NCBI GenBank assembly: GCA_010093995.1
Contig: ML992517.1
Coordinates: 76,677 to 140,676 of the forward strand
Direction: 5' to 3'
Source: Elsinoe ampelina
Taxonomy: Eukaryota
Length of the DNA stretch: 64,000 bases
Shown here: one piece after another, positions 26,165 through 35,804 of the stretch
How positions within the stretch are numbered: the first letter of the stretch is position 1
How the letters are laid out: every line of letters begins with the position of its first letter
Notes under the pieces: generated by a model
The model's input: only the letters and a program-made list of their open reading frames with translations
Told to the model about the DNA's origin: nothing
Database searches by the model: none
Made by a program: the position numbers and the translations under genes

Positions 26165-27276
26165 TCACCACGGTCCCGTCAAGTAGACCTCCTTGAGGAC
26201 CCACTGGGTCGACAGACCATCACCATTCAGCCTCGAAGCCCTGAACGAAATCTTATGATCCGCCTGGGTCGCATTGAACGTAACCGGCCCCAAGTCCTTG
26301 TACCGCACGGGATAGTACTTATCCGGGCCGTACACGGCGTCCTTTGTGATACGGTTCCACACCGACTTGCCATCCACCAGCACATCCCACCGGCAGACCT
26401 TTGCATGATCATAGGGTAAATTCTCGGCCATTCTCATGCAAGACCAGTTCTCGTCCATGTAGATGTGGTAGCTGGAGCCGGCGGCCAGGTTGGATAGAGT
26501 CTGGTAGATGGTTGTGTTCTCTCGCCCCGGTCCGTAGGTGTACATGAAGACGCCAATGTCCTTTTGCACGGTGACGATTCCGACGGAGGCGTTCCAGCCG
26601 GGGAGGATAAATGGGGTTTTGTCGCTGGTGAAGCCGTAGGTACCGTTGCCGGAGAAGGTCGGGTTGGTGAAGAGGTTGGCTGCGGCTGCGTCTTCTGCGG
26701 TCAAGTTGGTCGTTGGTGGGTGCAGGACCTTGGCGCAGTTTTCCGTGACGGCTGTGGCATTGATCCTTGAATCCATTGTCATGTTACGAGGCTCGGGTCT
26801 GATCTTTGTCAGTGTCGATTATACGTTGAAGAGCATGAGGACGGACAGCTTCTCCCAGGCTTTGCACCAATTGAACGAGTTCGTCAAGAAGCCATCGAGG
26901 TACTTCATTGCTTTGATCTGCTCGGTGGCATTTGCTGCAGGTGGCTTCTGGATCTTTTTGGTTGACTTGCCGTACTTCTTTTCGAACTTCTTCACACAAA
27001 CGCAGGATGGCTCCAGCCAGTCAGTCACATACTTGTTGTTGAATGCTTTGAGTGCAAAGGCTCGACTGCGAGATGGTCAGCGTGTGAAATCAATGATCAA
27101 GCCCGTGAGACATGCTTGGCAGTGATGAATTCGCAATAGTCGATGGGCGAAGATGAGGTTTTCCTCAGATCAGTTACGGATTTGTTGCTCGCACAGCCCT
27201 TTGCTGTTGTGGGTGGCGCCTTGTCGACAGCGACAGCGGTGCCTACGAGGGCAGTCAAAAGAAGAGTAGGCCGCAT
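26165..27276 (-). CDS. Secreted Cys-containing protein of unknown function (exons 27276-27116, 27065-26847, 26798-26165; ~337 aa)
   Basis: Signal peptide MRPTLLLTALVGTAVA; the three ORF pieces join in frame with introns GCATGT..GCTGAC..CAG (27066-27115, GC-AG) and GTCCGT..ACTGAC..CAG (26799-26846); C-terminal half looks beta-rich (NLFTNPTF..IYQTLSNL..VTFNAT). Confidence 0.7.
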
Positions 27277-27944
27277 GATTGTGATGCGGAAGCCTGTATG
27301 ATACACATCGCTAGAAGGAACGCCTCCAGTAGCCTCTTCTTATAGCGACCGGGCTCGTCTTACCTCGACTGCATCTAGCCATGACAACAAGGCGTTATCG
27401 TTGTCTCGCGTGCTAGTTTCTTCCGGTAGCGCTATCCTTTGAGGTGGCTCATCTGTCTTTGAGATGTCGGTTGCGCCGTTACGGCACTGCTCGACCGGGG
27501 ACCTCCCTAGTGCTGCTTCGATATTGTACGTCTTGGAGTCTTTACATCACTTGGATCAGAGATGATCTTACTGATGTCGACTCGTTCTGCTGTTGTTCAC
27601 ATTACCTGGACATGGCCCTGTTGATACATACAGATCCTCATGGCCGCGGTGCCACCTTTGACAAGCATCGTGCTGTGAAGCTCCGGGCAACGTATAATAG
27701 TCTTTCTAACGTTCGACGTTGACTGCATGGTCAACGCCCAACGGCAGAGCCTCAGGCGGCGTGGAGTTCCTGGGAAGGGACGTGAGGCATAGGTCATCCA
27801 GCTATGCTCGTCGTCCTGTCCGACGTTATTCGATCCGGTGACATTGAGTAGGTTATTCTTGGACGATCACGCCGCCATGATTCATGGGAACTCGAGCTGG
27901 ATCCCATACGCCACGTTGACCTCTGAGGGCGGGCTTTTCACAAT

Positions 27945-28333
27945 AGGGCTCTTTAGCAGTCATGTTTTGTGCGGTTCTTGTACGAACCATTTATAACTGC
28001 CTAAAGCGGAAGTGTAATTAGATCGCGTCGCGCAAGTTTACGTGTCACGGGAGCGGCCCGGTATACTAAGCCCGATCGGGAATGTATAAATGAAACGTAC
28101 AAGCGTATGTGCGGAACCGCACACACTTGTGTACGCTTGAAATAGAGTTTGGCTAAGATTTACGCTATCTACACCGATAAAAGTCTATCTAAGCGAATTT
28201 CCTGCGATGTCGGACACACGAAAAGGACCCTTAACCTGTTCTTAGCTAGAGCAGTAATCCGAGCGTCGGCTTGCCAGATGCGGAAGTTACAACGTACAAG
28301 AAGCGCACAAAACTGAGGTTGCTAAAGAGCCCT
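27945..28333. mobile_element. MITE (non-autonomous DNA transposon), ~389 bp, ~40-bp TIRs
   Basis: Left AGGGCTCTTTAGCAGTCATGTTTTGTGCGGTTCTTGTACG versus right CGTACAAGAAGCGCACAAAACTGAGGTTGCTAAAGAGCCCT (imperfect inverted repeat); flanked by AAT on both sides (27942-44, 28334-36); no ORF inside. Confidence 0.85.
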
Positions 28334-28808
28334 AATGAGTACTCTGTGCTTTCGAACAATTTGCTATGACGCGGTTCCACGCATGTCATTGGACCAAGTG
28401 ATGCGGCTGAAAACGGATCTGACACGCGAACGAATCTTTGCTTTTCATGATTGGAGATTCGAGATGGACCTTGCGCGGGAACTACGACTCGAGCCACTCG
28501 ACTGGATCCACGCAGAAAAAAGACACGGCTGATACTCTCGGAATATTATTCAAGGATGATGATGTGCGAAGCCGAAGACGCGTCAGCTATCAGTCCGTCC
28601 CACAACTAGGCAAGGATCTGGGTGCTGTACGAAAAATCTGCAATTGTCCTCTTTCAACTCGACCTGTCGTTCTTGATGTCGCCAAGTTTGATATGCAGCG
28701 ACGATAATTGCACTGCTATAACCTGGTACACGATCGACGTCACATGATCAGCGCTTCTGGGATTCTTGGACGGCGGTGATTGATTGATTGCTGGATTGGG
28801 GTGACCAG

Positions 28809-30917
28809 ATGCGCATCCATTGTCCAGCGCCATCGACTGCGCGCTTTAATTTCGACCTCTTCACCAATAGTCTGACATGGGCTCTTGCTGCCGGATGGAC
28901 CCTGCTATCGTCTAGAGATATTCTTGTGAGGGTTAATTGGCACTATCCATTTCATTTGCTACTACTCCAACTACTGGTCTTCACGTCATGGTCAATCCTC
29001 AGATCATGGCCAGCCTTCTGGACATCCGCCGGGAGATCCTCTGCAAGTCCTGGAGGATCCAAAGCGAAGCAATGGCTGGAAACTGTCATTGATAGCGTCG
29101 GAACCGCCACTTCCCTCTTGCTGTATTCACAAGCGATCCTCCACTTTAACAACACTCCTATACTGGCCATGCTAGGGTCTTTGATCTTCCTGCCAGCCGC
29201 AACTTCTCGCGTCTTGTTCTCGAAATCAGCGTCTCGTAAAGCGACGCTGTTACGACCGGCACTGTTTGCTTCTTCCATGAGCATTGTGTTGTTCTTCGAG
29301 TACCGTCTAACAGTGAATGGACTCGTCTTTGGCATCCTGGGCGCCGGAGTATTGGGCATATCACGAACACTTGCATCTCTGCTCTCGGAGCAGTCGTCCA
29401 CGCAGCCATCGCTAGCTTCGCCTAGTGGTCTCATCACCTGTTTGTTCTCTGCGATTCTTTGCGCAGTCATCTTCGAAGATACCCCATCGGCGCTTGCATG
29501 GTTCTCGGAAGCACATTCATCAGTCTTCGCCATATTCCTCGGGAACTTGGTTGCCACAACCGCAGCTTTTACGCTTGGAGGGCACCTGTTTGCATATCTG
29601 CCTAGCGATGCTGCCTCTTGGATCGCTTGTCAAAGGCCGACCATAATCTGGCCTCTTTTGTGCTCGTGTGGCATCGTACTACTATCTACGGTTCAGACCG
29701 GCCTGACAATAGTCGATCCGCTACAAGCAGTCTTCTTCATCTTGGCCTGCTTCTCTTTGCTGGAGGCAGATTACCCACACGTCCTACGACTTTTCATATC
29801 TAGCGCCGGGCAGCCGACCAGGATGGTTCATGCTCTTTCGCCTCTCTTCCCAATGGACATACACTCACAACCACCTATATATCAGCCTGTACAGCCGAAC
29901 GACAACGACGACGACGAAGAAGAAGAAGACCCCAACCCCACCGCAGGCCGCCTCTCCCTCCTCCAACAACCCACCACGCCCACCTCCCGCTCCCTCAAAG
30001 TCCTCACCATCCTCACCACCCTCCTCTGGCTCCTCTCCCTCTCCTTGATCCTCTTCCCCACCACCCCACCACCTCGCACCCGCCCCAATCTCGACCTGAC
30101 CTACAAACCCGAATCCTCCCTCGACATCGTAATAAGCATGTACTCCGAACCCCTCCCGCAACTAACCTCCACCCTCTCCCTCCTCCTCTCCCTCCCAACC
30201 CTCACCCTCCTCCGTCCCCGCCTCTTCATCTACACCAAAAACTACCACGCCGACCTCGACGCCATCGCCAACTCCATCCCCGCCCCCCTCTCCCCGGCCA
30301 GCATAACCCTCAAACCCAACATCGGCCGCGAGTCGGAAACCTACCTCCACCACATCCTCTCCCACTGGGACACGCTAGGCAACCACACCCTCTTCCTCCA
30401 AGCGGAAACCCACAACCCGCGCGAACTCCGGCCCCGCATCCGCGACTACTTCGGAAAGGACACGGGGTTCCTCCCCCTCGGTTTCGCGGGGTACACGTGC
30501 CCCTGCGCGGCCAAAACATGCGGGGATCGCTTCTGGTCCGACGCCAGCGGGGTGGTGCAGAGCACGTACCTCAAAGCCTCGAGGCGGGAGACGTGTCCGA
30601 CAGACGCGGGGGTATTGTTGAGTTACAAGGGCCAGTTCGTCGCCAGCGCGGCGAGGATTCGTGGGACCGAGAGGGGCGTGTATGAGGAGTTGTATGGGCT
30701 GTTTGGGGATGAGGAGAGTTGGGTGCACAAGGAGCCTTATTTGGCGGGGCGGAAGGAGGACGTGTCCGCGCCCGTGTTTGGGTACACGGTGGAGAGGATG
30801 TGGGCGGCTTTGTTGCAGTGTAGTGAGAGGGAGGTGGTGAGGGGGTGTCCTAGTTTGGTGTCGGGGTGGAGGAGGGGGGGTTCGAGAGGGGATTGTCAGT
30901 GTTTTGATCATGTGTAG
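28809..30917 (+). CDS. Multi-pass membrane protein with C-terminal DUF3431-like domain
   Basis: About 10 hydrophobic segments (WHYPFHLLLLQL...) then DIVISMYSEP, NIGRESETYLHHI, HTLFLQAE, GQFVASAARIR, FGYTVERMWAALLQC; intronless ORF. Confidence 0.75.
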   Translation: MRIHCPAPSTARFNFDLFTNSLTWALAAGWTLLSSRDILVRVNWHYPFHLLLLQLLVFTSWSILRSWPAFWTSAGRSSASPGGSKAKQWLETVIDSVGTATSLLLYSQAILHFNNTPILAMLGSLIFLPAATSRVLFSKSASRKATLLRPALFASSMSIVLFFEYRLTVNGLVFGILGAGVLGISRTLASLLSEQSSTQPSLASPSGLITCLFSAILCAVIFEDTPSALAWFSEAHSSVFAIFLGNLVATTAAFTLGGHLFAYLPSDAASWIACQRPTIIWPLLCSCGIVLLSTVQTGLTIVDPLQAVFFILACFSLLEADYPHVLRLFISSAGQPTRMVHALSPLFPMDIHSQPPIYQPVQPNDNDDDEEEEDPNPTAGRLSLLQQPTTPTSRSLKVLTILTTLLWLLSLSLILFPTTPPPRTRPNLDLTYKPESSLDIVISMYSEPLPQLTSTLSLLLSLPTLTLLRPRLFIYTKNYHADLDAIANSIPAPLSPASITLKPNIGRESETYLHHILSHWDTLGNHTLFLQAETHNPRELRPRIRDYFGKDTGFLPLGFAGYTCPCAAKTCGDRFWSDASGVVQSTYLKASRRETCPTDAGVLLSYKGQFVASAARIRGTERGVYEELYGLFGDEESWVHKEPYLAGRKEDVSAPVFGYTVERMWAALLQCSEREVVRGCPSLVSGWRRGGSRGDCQCFDHV

Positions 30918-31110
30918 GGTAGTGTCACCAGGGATGAACAGGGGTGTAAGGGGAGACGGGATTGGATATATAATGCATAGGCAGATGTTTGTATTTCGCA
31001 TGGTTATGTGGCTGGTAGCGGTACCGCCTTTCCCGTCAACCTGCCTGGTCTATGTTCGGTATCGTGAACGCCCCGGCGCTATGCATCGACTCGAAAGAGC
31101 CTCGTCGTCA

Positions 31111-33029
31111 CTAGTAATCTCGTATGACAGCCACTCCCTCGTCCATCCGTGCCACTTGGCAGAGAAGCTTTTCTTCCTGTTCCCTCCATCGTCGCAGATT
31201 CATCCTGTCTAGTTCTGTGAGGTACTTGTCTTCGTTCCCAATCACGTCTGTCCGTTCGGCTTTCTCGATCGTCGCGCTGACTGCACCTCTTTGCACCCGT
31301 GCGCGTTGCAGACATCGACTCATGGCCTTGTAGCTGCGCTGGAGGACGACTTGCTCGACTCGGGATTGGTCAAAGTACCAGAGATATAACGAGCGGCCGG
31401 GTTGTCGGGTGTTATCTTTGGGCACTTCTTGGGTCTCAACATAGCCAGAAGAGTGCATCTCGTCGAGCACGCTGCGGATGTCTTTGAGTTTGAGCAAGGC
31501 GAAGCTGCAGATTTGCTTCTCGTCTAGCTTGCCTCTCGACTTGAGGATGCGGACTATGCGTGATGCCACGGTACCGAAGCGGAAGGTGATGATGGATTCA
31601 ATCTCGCTGTGCTTGAGGGTGTGGCGGAGTTCGTGGAATGGTACCTCATACTCGCCATGACCGCGGTCGCCAATCTTGACAACATAGTTGTTGGGATGTT
31701 CGGCAAGAAGTCTGAGGTGCATCTCGACAAGAATCAGAAGGTCGTTGCGTGCTTTGATGGAGTTGTCACGGCAGTCGCCATGCTTGTTTTTCGACCCCGG
31801 CTTGTGGTTGTGGGCTCCATTGATCTTCGGACCTCCAAGATCTAGATCGAGATTATCGAATCCGTCACTGCTCTTCTCCAGCTCATCAAGCACAAGTCTC
31901 GTCGTGCCCGAGAAAATTTGGTGTTCCTCTGTGGTATCCCCGTCTTGCTCCTCTTGCAGCATCTCCTCACGAGGTTTGCACTCGAGTATCTGCTTCTCAA
32001 TGACATGCAACAAGGCCTCATATATTCGTGATGTGGTGTCACCAAGGAATCGCCGACTGTGCTCGACCAGCCGTTCTGACCGCATAGCGATTTTGCACTT
32101 TTCGAAGTTGACCTTGAGGACCAAACTGCCGTGAAGAGTGATGGTGTCGCGACCGTACTGACGTTTGACCTCCTCGTAGGATGAGATGTCCGTACCCACT
32201 TTGATACGCTTTGCGCCACGGTCGATACTATCTTGAAAGTTGAACTCTTCATCTTGTAGCTGCCTCTTTCTCATGGTAAGCGCATTCTGAAATTTGATCC
32301 TTGCTTTCGGTCCCGTCGTCTTGCTGCCAGCAAATTGGTTGGTACGAACATCTTCCTCCAGCTCGTTCTGTCTGTCCGCAGGAGGGAGGTAAGTCTTGGG
32401 GTGGACCTTCGAGACGTATCCAGCTTCCAGGAGATCCCACAGCGCCAGGTGAAGTTCCTGTCGGCCAGTGATCTGATCTTCAGTCGAAGTCCAGGCATCG
32501 GCTGCCTTGTCCGCAGCAATGTCGGTAGGCGCAACAGTCGCGGCATGAACTCCATTTGTAGCAGGACGGGGGACTGCATTTACCTTTTCATATTTGAAGG
32601 CCTCCTCCATGTCCGACACTCTTGCATGACCCAGTTGAAGCAGACTCGACAATGCTTGTGCCGGCTTCGGTCCCAACCTCGCCTCGACATGTGACACGAT
32701 CTTGCCTGATCTAAGCAGATTGTATGCGCCGTCCCAGTCGACCTCATAGAAGGTGGGGGAGCCGGGTGGGGTATGGTGAAGGATAAGATGTTGTTGTATC
32801 AGAACTGTCAGACCATGGTAGACATGTTTCGCAGGGATGTCGGCCTCGTGAACAAGAGTCCGTAAGGGTATTCGTCCAAAATCCGAGAGAGTCTTATAGA
32901 CATGCTGAAGTGGGGTGTTAGTGATCTGATCGTCTCTGACTACCCATGTTCGGTGAGTCTCACGGCGCAGAGATCTCCATAGATATCTTCGACCAGTAAG
33001 AGGCAGAGTTCGTTCAGATTCTTGACCAT
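31111..33029 (-). CDS. RPC82: RNA polymerase III subunit RPC3/C82 (exons 33029-32964, 32904-31111)
   Basis: N-terminus MVKNLNELCLLLVEDIYG, GLTVLIQQHL, RFGTVASRIVRILKSRGKLDEKQI, GYVETQEVPKDNTRQPGRSLYLW; intron 32905-32963 GTGAGA..CTAAC..CAG. Confidence 0.92.
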
Positions 33030-33289
33030 GTCAGCGACCAGTATTCAAAGACCAGTCGAGGGGTAGAGGCGACCTTCATGTTTTAATTTGATGCCAATAG
33101 GTCACCTCTCACGTGCCTGGCGAGTTGCTATAATTTATGCCGTCTGCGCATGAGTGAGATCTTGGTGAGATCTTTGAGATTCGAAAAAGACTCAGAGATG
33201 AGTACAATAGACGACAATATCAGAATTATTCAGGCACGCCGAAGAATTAGCGTGGTAGTAGGCAACCCAGAGCCGCAGATGCGCGGGAG

Positions 33290-33294
33290 CCAAT
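33290..33294 (+). promoter_or_regulatory. CCAAT box in the short divergent RPC82/QCR2 promoter
   Basis: AGCCAATC about 95 nt upstream of the QCR2 ATG; CCAAT-binding (HAP) complexes are established regulators of respiratory genes; function here is inferred. Confidence 0.35.
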
Positions 33295-33385
33295 CGGGTG
33301 CGAGGAAAAGCCGGGATGGTGAAGCGTAACAGCAGCTCTCAAGTTTCTTCACTTCACCCCCCATCACAATAGCAATTCGTCGACA

Positions 33386-34891
33386 ATGCGGTCCGTACTC
33401 GCCAGGCAGGGCCGTCGAGCTGTCATCAATCAAAAGAGGTACCTTGCTTCACCAGCTTCGGGATCATTCTCGTACGACACAGCGACCGCAGCCGGGATCA
33501 AGATTGCGAGCAGAGATGTTCCTGGCCCAACCACTCAATTGGCCGTCGTAGCCAAAGCTGGAACACGATATGAGCCTCTACCGGGTCTGACGTTGGGATT
33601 GCAAAACTTTGCCTTCAAGGTAAGAAGAGAGCAGGGACGCAAGCAGACAGTTTTGACCTCCTCAGGGTACCAATCGAAGATCCACGATCCGTATCCAGCG
33701 CGAATCAGAACTTCTCGGTGCCGACTTGTTTGCCAGACATAATCGCGAAACATTGATCGTGGGAGCTAAGTTCCTGCGCGATGATCTACCATACTTTGCG
33801 GAGCTCCTCGCGGAGGTTGTTGGGCAAACCAAGTACCTCGGTACGTGCAATGGCAATGGCAACGGCAATGCAATTGAAAGATGAGCTGATGGAAGGACAG
33901 ATTACGTACATCATGAGGAAGTCGAAGGAGTGGTGAAGCTGCAACAGAAGAGATTCTTGGGCGATGTCAATCTACTCGCAACCAACTCTGCTTACGGCCT
34001 CGCTTTCCACCGTGGTCTTGGAACACCTCTCTACCCTGCCTCTTCAGCTCCCCTGCAGAAATACATCAGCGCAAACACCATTGGATCATTCTCGACTGCC
34101 GCTTATGCCAAGCCTAACTTTGCCATTGTCGCAAACGGTGCTGACTCGACCGAGTTGTCCAAGTGGGTGAACGAGTTCTTCCCCTCTGTCCGCGCACAGC
34201 CAGGTCAGGAGATTTCGCAACAACAAACCAAGTACCACGGTGGCGAGGAGAGGATCGCGCATGGATCTGGCAACGCTGTGGTCATTGCTTTCCCTGGATC
34301 AAGCTCATTCACTGGTGGTTTCTACAAGCCTGAGATCAGCGTGCTCGCTGAGCTTCTGGGTGGCCAGTCTACTATCAAGTGGTCTCCTGGTTTCTCTCTC
34401 CTCTCCAAGGTTGCCAGCAAGTACCCCGGCGCCTCCATAAAGACCTCGAGTGACATCTTCTCGGACGCTGGTCTCCTTACTATCTCTCTCGCCGGCAATG
34501 CCAGTGACATTCGCAAAGCTTCCTCAGAAGTCGTCGAGACCATCAAGTCGATTGCCAACGGTGTCAGCAAGGAGGAATTCCAAAAGGCCAAGGCACTTGC
34601 AAAGTTCAAGGAGCTCGAATTCGGCCAGAACGTCTCGGCTGGCATTGAGCTTACCGGGTCTGGTCTCGTCCACGGCAACCAGGCCTACCAGATTGACGAG
34701 GTTGCGAAGAAGGTGGACGGCGTCACGGAAGAGCAAGTCAAGAGCGTAAGTTATTGGATGACATTTTTTGACACGCTCAACTAACAATGGCACAGGCTGC
34801 AAAGACGATCTTGGAGCACAAGGCTTCGGTATCGTCAGTCGGTGATCTGTATGCTCTACCTTATGCCGAGGAGATTGGCTTGAAGGTGTAA
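33386..34891 (+). CDS. QCR2: Ubiquinol-cytochrome c reductase core subunit 2 (exons 33386-33619, 33666-33840, 33901-34745, 34796-34891)
   Basis: Mitochondrial presequence, VVAKAGTRYE, NFAFK|GTNRRSTIRIQRESELLG, AKFLRDDLPYF, YHGGEERI, FSDAGL, VGDLYALPYAEEIGL; three canonical introns. Confidence 0.95.
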
Positions 34892-35145
34892 TTGTGAAAG
34901 TTTCCATTCCGTGTAGAATAGAAGGCAGCGACTCTACAAAAACAGACACATGTTCAGTCAGTGTTCGCATGTTGTTGCAACCCCATGTGAATTTGATGGC
35001 GGCTGCTCCGACAAATCCCGGCCAAGCGATGAATGCGCACGGACCGCATCTGAGCTTTGAACTCTGCAGACGAGAGTGAACCACATCTTTGAAGGTCTCG
35101 ATAATTAAACACCATCCCACCAATTACCAACTTACATCCTCCACA

Positions 35146-35553
35146 ATGGCATTCGCGTGGAAAGCTTCTGGTATCACGTGCGATTTACCATCCATTGGCG
35201 GCAGCCCCGCGCACCAAGTCATCGTCTGACCCTCCCAGATACAACCGCTACCTCGCGGTGGCAGCCCGCGTTGTCCGCCGATCATTGAAGGAAGACAAGA
35301 GACTCATCGCTGAGCGAAGAGGAGAAGTGGACTTGCGATTTGCCAAGTGGGAGGTACGAAACATGTCCACAACACCAGACCATCCAATTGAAAGAGCGTC
35401 TGCGAAAGACAACAGATATGGGGTAGGCGGACTTCCGGAGAATATTGGCTAACACGGTGTTTGCAGAATGGAAAGCAAGGCGAGAACAAGTCTTTGGCGA
35501 CTGCAAACGAGGCGGCAATGGCAGATTCTGCACAGGGGCAGTCATCGTCGTAG
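35146..35553 (+). CDS. ATP15: Mitochondrial ATP synthase epsilon subunit (exons 35146-35177, 35239-35353, 35467-35553; 77 aa)
   Basis: MAFAWKASGITYNRYLAVAARVVRRSLKEDKRLIAERRGEVDLRFAKWENGKQG after removing two GT-AG introns. Confidence 0.93.
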
Positions 35554-35804
35554 AGGACTGGAGGGGGAGCAGGGAATCATAGTTTCGCTTGAAAGTCTTC
35601 GCCGGGAAAAGGGAATCAAGATTCTGGGACTATGAAGCGCTTCTGAGAGCGACTGTGAATAGCAAAAACCTGCAATAAAGCAATACATGACCCATTTTGC
35701 AGCATACCGTGAGCCCATCTGATAATGCCAAGACTGAGAGACTATATACACAAGCCCACAACTTCTTGCGGCACCATTCCACATGATTTTCTTCCAGCAC
35801 AGTG

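Noticed and set aside
33849..33876. AATGGC-type hexamer repeat
   Set aside because: Short microsatellite inside QCR2 intron 2; no evidence of function.
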